Below are positions 1 to 14,000 of a stretch of 64,000 nucleotides of DNA, piece by piece. The notes beneath the pieces were generated by a model. That model was not told the DNA's origin. It ran no database searches and worked only from the letters and a program-made list of their open reading frames with translations. The number at the start of each line of letters is the position of its first letter. Position 1 is the first letter of the stretch. Position numbers and translations under genes: made by a program. This DNA comes from Chrysomallon squamiferum (lineage: Eukaryota > Animalia > Mollusca), in NCBI GenBank assembly GCA_012295275.1, contig CM022673.1, positions 23,250,001 to 23,314,000 of the forward strand, read 5' to 3'.

Positions 1-1302
1 AATACCAGGTGTAAAATGAAACCATATTATCCAGCACAAAGGAAAAATAAAGTGTTATGTCAACTTTAATTGCATATTACTCTCTTTTCCATGGAAACCT
101 GTCACTGTTGTAACGATATTAGTTTTTACCAACTGATTTAGAAACATACCACAACTCAGATGTCAAACAGACTAATCAGAGAATCCCATTAAGGTGTGAA
201 CATAATTTAGAAGCCAATAAAATCATTAGAAGGATTTTCTCAAGAGAAACATTTATGAATGGTAATTTTTCACAAAGGATGAATATTTTAATAGAAAACA
301 TTGATTTCTTTTAGAATTTTCTTCTCTTGAAAACACACAAACAATGAATGAATCTGTTATCACTTCAACTTTACTCTTTTATTCAAAAATTTGTATTTAT
401 TTATTTCTTAATTTGTTTATATATTTATTTTTATTATTAAATGCAGTAACCACACAATTAGTAAAAAGAATGTGATAAAACTAAAATATCAACTTCTTTT
501 GATTCTGTGAAGAAATAAGGAAAAGGAAAATATACAAAATAATAAATAAATAAATAAATAACAACAACAAACAAAAAGCAATGATGAATTTGTGCAACTG
601 ATGTGTTCTAATCATTATTGTCATTATTATTAAGATGCAGACAGTGAAAGAAGATAAAAAAACAACAACATTAACTTAATGGTTTTCTTTTCACTGCTCC
701 AGTACAACTTCTGTTATTATTTCTATAAATATGACAGACAAAATGAACATAAAATAAGAAATAAAACCTATTTCAGTTTAAAATTTTGTTTTATTATATT
801 TCATTAATTGCTTTTTAATTCACTGTAAAAATATGCAAACTGCATTGACATTTTAACATTTGTGAATGACAACTGATTATTTGTCAATACCTATGCAAAA
901 ACAACAAAAAAAAGAAAATAATTTTTTGTCATCATTTCTTGATGATACTTGCTGATAGTTTTATAATTACCTTTTGTATAATTAGTATTCAGGTTTTCAA
1001 GCAACTATATATATATTTTTGTTTTTTAGTTTTGCATTATAATTAATTTTCGTTAAATAATAAAGCAAAAAATTTATCATGACAACTAGCACTATTCTCA
1101 AAAGTACCACTCTAGATATTTCTGCGATGCTGCTATTAATGTACTTTCTTCCTGACTCTCACTGCTTTGCCTGTCACAAGAATTACTTCCAATACTATTA
1201 ATGACTATTACTGCTTCTGCTGCTACTGGTACTGTTACTGCTACTACTACTACTAATGCTGATATACCAATACTATTTCATCAAAATCATTATCTATTTA
1301 AT

Positions 1303-1333
<31 letters not shown>

Positions 1334-3501
1334 GTTATTTAGTTCTTTTTCGTCCTTTCTCACAAGACTTTAATTTTAATTCAGTCTTTTCCTATCTGAC
1401 ATCAGATCAGACTAACGGCAACATTTCCTGGTATTTAATCAAGCATACAGAGAATTACGAGTCCCCCAGGCACCATATTCAAGTATGCATGCAATTTGTC
1501 TCAGCATTACTTTCTGTGTTAAAAATTTTATAAGCTTGAAGTCTCGTATGCAAACAAGTTGTGTGCAAGGAAATTAAATTTGTTGACACCTCAGCATACA
1601 GTTTGAAGAATCTCATCCATGATTTGGAAAATTAACAAGATTTGGAAGTAAGTGGAATTAAATAAATAAAGCGAAGCAAATTCTCAGTTTAATTAGCAGG
1701 AAGTATATTTTTGTTCCATCTTCAAATTGTATCTTTTTTAAAGCTTTGGAAGAATTCTGATTGAAAAAGAATTTTAAAAAGCTTTATGTGTCGAACTATT
1801 TCAGTGGATTAATAAAAGATAGCGAGGACTGTAATCGAAGATTTGAGAAAAGGGGATCTGTCCTTAGGGTGGATTAACTTTCATGGTGAAACCAGTTCAT
1901 TGTAAACAAGATAAAATAATCAGCAAAAATAGGGGATTTTCTTCTCAAAGAACTGCAAGCAATATTAATTCATCTCCACTCATGTTACAGTGAATTCTCA
2001 CTGCAAGTGATGTCATCATGTGAAAATTCAAAACATAATAATAACAAATAATAATATATAAATATCAGTTTGCACAAATTTTTAATTAGATATTGTAAGA
2101 CAGAAAAAAGCAACCAAAAATGAAACTATCCAAACAGTAATAAATATTAAGTGTCAACTTTGACACTTTTAATGAATACTGGCATCTAGCAAAATAAATA
2201 AATAAATAAATAAAAAATAAACTCAGTTAATCATTATATATAAATAAACTGCTGATAAATAGAATATTACCTTCCTTCCTTTAAAACTATATAGTTTCAA
2301 TAAAATTACTGCTTAATCTTGATATAGCATGTAAATAAATGAATTGATGCACTTACGTCAATTTAAACTAAACCTGTATGGTATCAATAAAACCATATTG
2401 AAAAACATCCACAATAAATTATTTTTGACATGCACATGCACAAGTAATTTCCTAAAAATGGGAATAGTTCTTTAAGTAATCTCAAATGGATTCTTTCGTA
2501 TTGTAAATTATTATAATAGATTCTCCTCCAGGCATTGCAAGCTAATTGCTTATTATATTCCCCTTTATAATAAAACATTCATTTATCTCTATCTTAGTTC
2601 AGTGGACAAGCGCTATTGCTAATTGAAAATATTGCTGTTAGGCATTTGTCAAATTTCTTTTATGAACTGCACAATCAAGGCTGTTATATCTGAATTTAAA
2701 ATAAAACATAACAATTTTAATAAATATTAAAAAACGTTATTCTAATGAGTTTTTAAAATTATTTATGAATTATGATTTCTAATTCTGAGGAGTTTAATAA
2801 TAATAATAACAACAATAATAATGATAGTACTACTAATAAAAACAATAATGATAATAATAGTATTATAATTATTGTAGTTGTTGTTGTTATTATTATTGTT
2901 ATTGTTATTGTTATTGTTACTGTTATTACTGTCCTCCTCCTCCTCCCCCCTCATCATCATCATAATCATTGCTTTCTTTTTTTAGCATATGATTCTTTGG
3001 AACATATAACTTTATGTTTTCAAGTTAATTCTCATTGATTTGCAACTGTGTTTTACATCTCTCATATTGATTAAGTAATATCTGGCTACATTTAGAAACA
3101 AAACATTCTTTGATTCATTCTTTAGTAAAAACATTCAGTGATTTTATATTGTTTTTTCAGTTACAAGTGAAAAATTGCCAGTAATTACCGCAAAGCATTT
3201 TTCATAATGTTACAAACATTTCCTGGAAATTGTGTTAGTTATGCCATTTGTAGGAAATATTTACTGTTCATGTTATACAAGTGGGCAGATAACTGTAGGA
3301 TGAGGAAAAAATAGCACTTACTAACGAGTTTAGGTTTTCAGCATTTAAAAAATGAAGAACTAATAAAAACCTCAGTATGAATATAAAACAACAGATTTTT
3401 TAATGCTTAATATTAATATTAATAGTAGTAGTATGTTTCTTTATAAATATATTTTTCTGTTGTATTATTTTATTGTTTATTTATTTTTATTTATTTAATT
3501 G

Positions 3502-3502
<1 letters not shown>

Positions 3503-3550
<48 letters not shown>
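3503..3550. repeat. (CA)n microsatellite
   Basis: Perfect CA run. Confidence 0.95.
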
Positions 3551-3551
<1 letters not shown>

Positions 3552-4567
3552 TTTGTTTAGTTTTTTCATATATTACAATCAAGACGTTTTTGAACCAAGT
3601 CACTCAAATACATTAAATCTTTTTTAAAAAGATACATTTTTTATACAATTCTTCAAAACTGAATTGAAATATATTATTTATATTACAAATAATTTATTTG
3701 ATATCAAGTTTATATCCCCAGTGGCATCAAACCCTCTTCATTTGCTCAATATATCAATCATATTAAATTGGGAAAGAGTTTCACAATTATTTCTCTTGGG
3801 TCACAAAATGAGAAACAATTTGTTATCTCACTATTGATGGCATGCCAAAAAACAAAATAAAAACAAACACAAAACACAGATATACACTCAAAAAAAATAA
3901 ATGACAAAATAAAGCAACAAAAAGTAAGAAAAAAGGAATTATTTAATAATTCATAAAACTTTATTATTATTATTATCATTATTTATTATGTACTTGGTTT
4001 TTTTTTTTAAATATTTAAATATAAGCTGTATTGATTAAGTTGCAAGCTCTTAATCGGAAGTTTGTCAAGATACAATAACCTAGTACCAGGTAATATTCAA
4101 CAAAAACTCCTTTCTGCTATTTTGGCCCAAAATAATAAATACAAAAATTCAAAAATTCCAGACAGTCTGGAATGTCTATCATGTGATTTCAGATACTTCA
4201 GACATTATTTGCAGTGGATCTGTTAACCAGCTTGGTACTTGAGCCTAAAATGTCAACATGGGAAAGGCACAATGGCTGTACACTGGAGGCAAATATTTTT
4301 ACCTTTTAGCTTTTGTATTCATGAAAATTGTTTTTCAAAAAATTTTAACTGAAATAAACCAACACATACTTTAAGGACATCAGATGTCATTCCAGAGTTC
4401 TAACATCAAGCCACATTTTATTGCTCCTGGATTTTGAGACCCAAAAAAGATAAGATTCATAAGTTTGTTCTCACTTCATATCAAAATGTTCTCTGCCTGT
4501 TATTATATTACACACTAGTTTTTGCAATACAGTAATGAAACTGATGAACAGTCTTCAGTGAACTAAC

Positions 4568-4626
4568 CTGATAGGTGTCTGTGTTAGATAAATGTCCAGC
4601 TTCTATCAACAGGAAAATTGAGTAAT
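4568..4626 (-). CDS. SLC38A11: SLC38A11-like exon (DYSIFLLIEAGHLSNTDTYQ)
   Basis: ttttttaattacag| acceptor, 59 nt, CAG|gttagt donor, phase 1-0. Confidence 0.88.
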
Positions 4627-7600
4627 CTGTAATTAAAAAAAAATAAAAATAACTAAATTAAATTGTCTTTTAAATAAAGTGAAGAAGATAAAATTACAAT
4701 TTAGGTCTTGGATTTTCACACACCCTTTAGCCCTGTTTTTCTATTCAAGTTTACTATAAATGCAAATACACTTACTCAGACATGAATATGAATTAAGCAG
4801 TATAGTTCTATTTTAATATTTTTACAGTTTTACTGGAATCATGATCAATAAGCAAACAAAAACAATTCCTGTTAATACAATTATGAAAAAGCAAAATAAA
4901 AATGGGTTACAGTCAATTTTGTACAAATTATAGATCAGGAAAAGCATTGTATAAAAATACTGACAGACATCAACAATATTGACAGACAAATATAATAAAA
5001 TAAGTTTTTTCGTTATACTTTTTTATATAGACAACATGATCAAAGCAATTATAAATAATACATTTCAAGAAATGCATGAGAAAATATGTGAAGACAGATA
5101 GATCAATACACTTAGTCAAAATATCTATAATGTAAACAGATTTTTTACTTTCATTCATGTGAAGGTTAATATTAGATTTGCAGAATATTGAGCTATAGTT
5201 AAAGAAACAAACAAAAAATCATCTTGTAAAAACAAACAACATCACAAGACTGTCAGTTTGACCTGAAAGAATATAATATAAATTAGAATCACCACATTCT
5301 TAATAATTTTGTTTTTTTTTAAATAATTTTTTTATAAAGTATTTATTGCATCTGAAATAAACTTTAACTTTCTGGATTTGTGAGCAGTATATATACTATA
5401 AAATATTAGGAAGAGAGGTCCAAGTGGATATTAGAAATGGACAAATATTACTGTCATTATACACCAAAAATTCAACTTGACCTTGATTCATAGTTAACTG
5501 GTACCTCAGTATTTAACAAAATAAGAATATTTCTAGTGTATCAGTACAACAAGCTCAAAGAGTTAAACATACCTTAGTTTAATTAAAATAACTGAATGCT
5601 GGATGTTGAAAAAATGGTAAATGAATGGTATTTGAGAAGGCAACAAAATGAGTAACATTCATCAGGTTTACATTGTTGTTACAAAATAAATAACAAATTA
5701 TGTGAAACAATATAAGAAGTGATGAATAAATAACATGAATGTAATTTACTCAGTCTATTAGTAGGTGTTCAGAAGTAATTGTATGACTATGTCAATAAAA
5801 TCATTTATAATTTAAATTAAACCAGTGTATTTGACAATTCTAAAATAGGTATGTTAAAAATGATGATGACTTCTCAACCAAACATTTGGATCAAGCTTAT
5901 TAAGACAGTGTATTTGTGAGCATTAGTGTGTTTCATGTCAACAATTAATTCTAGTAAGATTCAGTAGTGGTATCCAATATGAAATCTGAGGCCAAATAAA
6001 CTGCTACTTGTCAAATTCAAGCCACATCTTCTTATAAGATTGTGCAGTGCAAATTTGCAGGTTCCAAACACATTTTCTTTTATTAAAGTAGGACCAACAT
6101 GCAATATCAGGACAAGAAACAATATGGCTCAGTCAGTGTGGCCACAACAGACATAAAAAAAATGATTCCCATCAAACATTGTGGAAATACAGTAATTCTT
6201 GTATGACAATATAAATTAAAGTTTCAAACAGCAGAAACTTTATTATTAACCATATTTTGATGTGTTCAGTATATTTTACAAAATACCAGAACATCAATAT
6301 CGTTTTCTCCTGCAACATGATAAACTATATTTTTCAATGATGTGATATTAAATGTCTTCATGTCACTGACAGATATATTTTTTCAATAATATTATATCAA
6401 ATGTTTTGAAGTCATAGATAACTATATTTTTTTTAGTAACATGGTATCAAATATTCTGAATCCACTGACAAATGTTTTTTTCCAGTGACCTGTTATTGGA
6501 TGTTTTCTAGTCAGTGATGGATAGTGCAGTACTGAAGAACTAGAAGTATCAATTCTCTGGACACTAATCAGTGTTTATACAGCCCAACATCCACCATACT
6601 CAGAGACAGATTGCTGAGGAAACCTTATTAAGCCACTTCCATTCAACAAGTCTTAAATGTGACATTTTTCATGCAGCTAGGGAGAGGTGTGAGATAGGAA
6701 CATCTGTGGCACATTTCATAGTCAGCAAGCAAAACAATCAGTTTGTGGATCTGTCATGCTTTGAAACCCAAAACCAAGGAAGTGTATTTTGTTACAGTAT
6801 AAGAGAATACTAGACAGATAATTAATTTTATTGTTTAAATATGTTTGATTGGTTAAAACTATCATAACAGTAAAAATAACAATGTTAGTTCTGTATACAT
6901 TAAATTATAGACATAACCACTGTCAAAAAGACTAGGCCTGAAAATACCTTAAGAAAAAATGTTAGCATTTAAATTTGTAAGGCTCATGACTTTTTGAAAT
7001 TAATTTTTTTAAAAGACTTACTTTAAACAATTAATTAAAACAAAACAAAAATTACAAAGTTAATTCAACAAAATCTTTTATTTACTGTATTAATATAAAA
7101 TAGAATAATTAATAAATAAACAAATAGATAAATAAAATAAATTAATTAATAATAATTGATAATAAATAAAGAATAAATTATTTGCTGAAGAATAAAAGAG
7201 AAAAAATGCTATTTTCAGTGACCATTATACTCCATCACTTTCAAGCTGTTCACAACAGTTTTGGAAAATCAAGATTATCAGTAAAGCAGTTTGAACTACT
7301 CATTTATTTCTAGCACGGCAATTTCAGAGCTTTTCAGATTTACAGAATAGATGTTAAAAAAATTGCTATTAAAATAACAAAGAAATCAACATTTAACATG
7401 GAAAAACTCAAAAAAAACTAAAATTCTTATCAGCTGTTTTATTTTTTAAATATTTGGTGTTATTTTCATTTCACAATTTTTTCAGCTATAGAACACTTCC
7501 AAAAAATTATTATCTATCAGCTATTAATAAATTATTATAGTAATAATATATTAGAGAAAAAGAATTGCCAACAATGAAAAATCTTGATTTATAGGGAAAT

Positions 7601-8577
7601 TTTACAGTATGTACAAATGCATTATACACTGTAGTCTATACAATCCATAAAACAATGAATATCTTCATTACAATATTGCCTAAAAGCTGAAAACCAATCA
7701 ACTTAATACATCTAGGATTTGAGTCACATCATCAGAAGATTGTAATAAAGGAAGCTGTGAAATAAAGGAAAGTAGAATTCATCCATTAATGGTATGAATC
7801 TTATCAGAACATATTGCAACATGTGTAAAATAAAAATCAGATAATACTGTGATAGAAAGAAAGAAATAATTCATTTAATCACACACAACATATACAGTTA
7901 TATAAAATATTGTTTAATGGGCATACATGCATGTAAACACCTTGCCATTGATTAATGTGAAAACATTTTCAAAAGGTTTTTTTACTGATCTTAGGATTTT
8001 TCCTGAATAACTAAAGGGTCTACCACAAGCCTACTGACCGTTTTATTATTAAATTACTAGTGGTCAGTTATTACATTATTTTCTGATACCTTGTCACCAT
8101 CTGGTCCATTACCAAGATATTGATTGTTTTGTTACCAAATTACCAGTGATTTCTTAACAGGCACGTTGTCACCTTATTTATTTTTCTATTAACAAGTCAC
8201 AACTTGGTCTGTTACCACGTTATTGATGTTCTATTATCTAGTTACCACTGGTCAGGTACCAACCGTTATATTACTGAATTACCAAGCAGTCTTTTACCAA
8301 GCTTCAGCTGCCTGCCATGTGTTACCAAAAGTGACGACTATTTATTTAGAAGGTGTTCTGATAATACAGATTAAAACGTCATTTTTAATTATAGATATCA
8401 TCAGCATGGTTACTTCTGTGTTAAAACAACAGGTGAAAATAAATCATGTTGCTGTTCAACCAGAAGGTGATCAACAGATGCTGCCCATAATATTACACTC
8501 TTTTGAGCAGTTTGATATTGAGTTAATGATACTGCTGAGTGGATAATCTGTGTTTGGTTAACTATCCACAAGTTAGT

Positions 8578-8608
<31 letters not shown>

Positions 8609-10173
8609 AGTGATAGTGTGCGTGTGTGCGTGTGTGCATGTGTGTGTGTGTGTGTGTGAGTGAGAGTGTGAGAGTGCGTGAGTGCATGCGTGCATGTGTG
8701 TGTGTGTGTGTGTGTGTGTGAGGTTGATAGTTTGTATATCAGTTACACATGGATGATATATTTGTACAAATATAATTATACATGTTTGTATAAATACATG
8801 TACATTGTAAAAAATATCTTCAAATTAAATTCATTGGAGTAAAATTATCTCTCAAATAAAACAATTTGTAGGGATTGGTTTACCTGAATGTCTAATTATA
8901 CAAGAACATAAAAATAATGCTATATACAAACAAACAAACACACAAAAAAAAATCAAAACAAAAATCCTCCAAACATTCAGCAGATGAATATAAGAACTGT
9001 AAAAACAGAGGAAAAAACAAACAACATAAAGATAAAAATAATCACACCATTATTTATAGCGATCACAGCTGAGTGTAGGAGACATTCAATCTGCTCTTTA
9101 TTGTCTTACATGCTTTTCATTTAATTTGGTATTGATTTCTTCAACAACAAAGAACTGTTTGTCACCACGACCCACTAACCTCATCTCCTGGCTGGAATTA
9201 AGATAATGGAACAAGTCAACAGAGCAGTTTGTCAAAATGAGTAAAAAAAAAAAAAAAAGAACTAAAAATACTTTTTATGCATATGGTGCTCTTAATCCAT
9301 GAGACACATGTTATGTTTGGAGGTAGCATGTTTAGGATTCATATCCATGGCATGACAATGATAAGAAAATTTTCCATTTGAATCAGTGTCCATGACTGGT
9401 TTATCATGTACATGGTATGTATTTTGGAAGAGGAAGTGTTTAATATAATATTCCTTGCTGTTAACTGAAAAGGGTATACAGATGCAGTGGTTGCAAATAC
9501 ATCTTAACCACTGGATTGTATAAAGCAGGGCTAAATTTTACAGAACATGAAATGTGAGACTCATTAATACAAATATTTAATTTTAACAGATAAATGAAAT
9601 AGACCCAGAAGTTCAAATTATAAAAAAGGACTAATAAAAATAAACAATTTTTCATAAATTTTCTTTTATTTATTTTTGATTTTAGAAATTATTATTCCTG
9701 AAAATAGATATGGATGTTAGAAGTATTCATGGTTTGTTTATAAAAGTGTCCATACTACTATAGTAATCTACTGACACTGCACCATCATGGTCCACTGTTA
9801 TGTTAAAAGATAATTAAATTATGCAGCCAGAAAAATAACTTGAAAGGTTTTTGAAACCTGGCTCTCATATACTTAAACACACTATAGGGAATTACAGTAT
9901 TTAAGGAATGGCAGAAGTCTTACTGAAAGACAATTTAAATTATAAATAATTTAAAAGTATGAAATAAAATAAAATGAAAATAAAATACATAAATAAGTAA
10001 AAATAAAAATAATTATATAAAAAAATACTGAAAGATGTAATTTCATAAAAGTGACCTACTGACCTACTGACTTATTTTCAAGATGGAAGAAAATTAACTG
10101 ACAGATGCCAAAGTCCTTTTTCCTGAGACATAGAAATTATTAAGAGAGGTGAACAAACATACAAAAAAAAAAA

Positions 10174-10204
<31 letters not shown>

Positions 10205-10980
10205 TATATAAAAAAAAAAAATTAAAAAAAATTTAAAAAATAGAAAATCAGGCAAGTTAAAAGAAGAGAGAATTGCTGAAACCTTAATAACACAAGAACT
10301 TCTTGTTTCATTTAATCCAAGGGAGAAAAATATATTGATTTTCAAAAAAAACAAAACATTTCACATTGTGACAAAAATACTTTAATGTTGTATTTTTTTA
10401 TATTTTTTTTTATTTTAACCATTATCACAACTTTATATATTTTAAAATTCTGATTGATTTTTTTAAACAAAATATTAAAATAATTAAAAAATAATAATAA
10501 ATTAAAATTTAATATAAAATTTCAAAATATATATAATAATGAAATAATAGTAATAAAAATAATAAATATTAGATTCAAAGTTTGAGACTAAAAACAAATC
10601 TAACTCATGTAGTTTTTTTATGATAATTATGTTCATCAATTTTGATCAAGTTTGCTTTTTTAAATTCAGTTTTTTTATTTTATTTTGCTCAGACAGTGAC
10701 AGTTTATGCTTTTATTTTATATGAACCTTCCCATAAACAGTAAAATATCAATGGCAATAAATAACAACAACAACAACAATAATATCATACTGTGAATTAA
10801 TACTGTGTACTGTTGTCTAAATATAAATCCACACACACACACACACATGCAAACACATTCATGTAAATAGTGAAAAGGCTTAACTGAAAATGGATAGATC
10901 CTAAGATCAATATTTATTAAAATGTGAGTCTGAAACTGATGTAAATTATTTTACTGGTAAAATTTATTTAACTTTGTTTG

Positions 10981-11026
<46 letters not shown>

Positions 11027-14000
11027 GGTTGGTAGACAGATAAATTAAATTCTATCAAACAGATTCTTGTGAATCTATTGAATATAAAAACATTTATTGA
11101 TTTTTAAAAGATGAAATTAAAGAAAGCCTATTAAAAATATTTCTAAAGATATACAACTGCAGAATGTCAAAATTCTTTTATCGTTTTATCTTATTTATTA
11201 TTCTTTTCTTTCTTTAATTATTTAAAGTTTTGGAGAATGAAATGTTTGTTTAACATTTGAAAATATTATTGATGATGATGATGACAAAATGCATTAATTA
11301 AAAACAATACTGATGATCATCTTAATGATAATTATTCTGGTTGTGACACATATGATAATCAGAAAATATTTCAGGAATTTGAACTAAAACAAAATCAGAA
11401 GAAAAATATTAATTGTATCTTCTCTTAAGTGAACTCAAGATTTCTGAATGCTCGGAGATGAAAATGTCTTCAGGCAGACATTTTTTCAATGATGACAATA
11501 AAAAGAAATGTTAACCTTTTACTTCAAACACTTCTGAAATTCAAGTTTTAACTTCCATTATAAAACGCATTCAAAATGTGTTACTTTTTGTAGCTCAAAT
11601 AAATATTGTTTGATTGCTTAGCATATAGATTTAAAACCAATAGTAAATAATGTGAACCAGTGAATTGCTGAAACTCAAGATTTAAAATGGAGAAACAGAT
11701 AAAAAAAAAAAAAAGTTAAAAGATTTTCCAAAACATAAAAAGGAATATTGATTAAATGACAGTCTACATATGCCAAATGTTTTGATCACTGGTAATTCAT
11801 GGTCTCTCAAGATACTAAGGTTTCACAAAAATACACAATTTATCTAAAATGGTCCTGTGTTTGTTATAAACAAAATTTAAAAAAATAAAACCCCAAAACA
11901 TACATATATAATCAAGTTTACCTAAATCTAGTTATTTTTCTAGACATATTCCTGGCTAGAATAAAACCTGTTAATGACACCATTTTACTGAACAGTGTAG
12001 TTAATGGTATGTGTTACCCTGTGGTCATAAAACTAATCAAGAAAAATGTAGCTTGCAGGAACCTGTTAAGAAGGTAACTATTACACTAGAGCTATATTAT
12101 AAGTAACTATAGAAATAAATAAATAAATAAAAATAGTTCATTACAAAATGTCTTGTCTTGAAATATATTAGGACTAAGTGTTCTGTGGTAAAGAATAAAA
12201 AATAAATAAATAAAAAAATAAAATTGTGTTTTATATTGATTTATTTTCATTATTTTATAAATAAATTTAACAGTCCCACATATCAAATTAAAACAGAAAA
12301 CCAGCTGTGTCCTAATGCACATTAATATCTTATTATATTTAATTAACTAGGATTATGTAAATTAATCTGTAAGAATTTACTAAACCAATAATCAGAACCA
12401 CTTAGTGAGATTCCAAATGGTATTGCATTAGAAGCAAGCCATTAGCCTGAATGTCACTGGCCAATTGCAATACAAATACTGGTTCGTAATGTCAGCCATC
12501 TTTCAGTCACATATGCACATCTCTCATTTTCAGATGAGTTACAGTGTTAAACAAAACCGAGTATCAGTAATATCAGAAATGTGAAGAGACCAACACTTGT
12601 TTCAATGAATTTTCTGTGACACATCCATATATTCTTAAATAAATGAATATTAGGTGTCAAAACATTGTGATTTATTATGAGATATAAAAAAAAAGAAGAT
12701 AAAATTGATACTCTGAGCTAAGCAAAGCAATAAGCTATAAAGGATTTTCTTTAGCAGCTTCTTTCCTAGATGATTGGTCTTAGCATTTAGCAGAACAGGA
12801 TACATTCAATCAGTATTCCATATAGAAGAAAGCCAGAACAGTTCTGAATATATTCATAATAAAATAGAATTAAAGCTGAAAAATGTTGAATTTTAAGAAT
12901 ATGGATGTACCATAGTTAAAAATTAAATCTTATAATCTACTTCTATATATAAAAAAAAAATAATAATACAAATTTACCATTTTAATAAGTACGGTAAAGT
13001 TAATAATAATATAAAATTGAGTACATTATCATAAATGCATTGTCTAATAAATTTGATTAATATTTTAAATGTTATATCTAAACAAGCCCAAAACTAGTCA
13101 GATGTTTAAAACCTCTAATTGTTAGCTAAAAATAATAATAACAATACCATTGAATTTGTTAGAATGACTAAAATAAAAGATATTAAGATTTAAAAACCTT
13201 TTTAGGTCATTTAAAAAGTAATAATAATTGGTTTAATAGATATATGTTAAGTAATTTCTTCTGTTATTTTGAAACCAAAAATTTCTCTTTCTTTATTTTT
13301 GCTTTTTTTTTCACTTTTCCCACTTTTTAATTTAATTTTTTTTTTTTTTTTTTTTTTTCTCACTTTTTCCACTTTTTCATTTTATTTTTTTTGTTTTTTG
13401 TTATTGAACACAAAACACCATTATTATCTACTAATATAATGAAGTCATAGATTTTCTGATAACTTCATGGCATTATCTGTTCATGATAAAAGACACCATC
13501 AACTGAGGTCAGTCCTTTCATTTATATGTAGTGTGAGATCAATAAATGTACGAAGATATTATTGATTTCTTTTTTTTTTTAATTAATATTAGTTATAAGT
13601 AAAATGATTTTTTTCTAACAGCATTAACTGCAACTAAGTATGCTAATTGAAATGTTTCTGTTTTAACATCAGTTAACCTTCAAATAATGATGTTTCAGAA
13701 AAAAAGAAAAGAAAAAGAAAACAGTACTAACTGGAATTATAACAAAAAAAAACAACCTAAGATTAGTTCAAATTCATCAAAGTCTTGCTAAGACTCTTTC
13801 TCTGCATACATATCTACTGGATTATTATTTATAAAAAATATTTTTGGATTAGGTAATTAGATTCCCAAACCTTTTCACAGACTTAGAATGAATCGGTATT
13901 TAATTAATTATACAAGATAGCAAGTTAAATGAGTTATAGCAGTAAGCCATGTAAGTTAGCAAGTGGTGTCAATTCAGTCCACATTAAAAGCTATCACTAA

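Noticed and set aside
2384-2578. ORF with LFPFLG resembling the next SLC38A11 exon (LYPFIA)
   Set aside because: No surrounding similarity (no AFG..G) and no compatible splice sites.
2763-3038. Poly-N / poly-I-V ORFs on both strands
   Set aside because: Translations of AAT/GTT trinucleotide low-complexity intron DNA; no splice or homology support.
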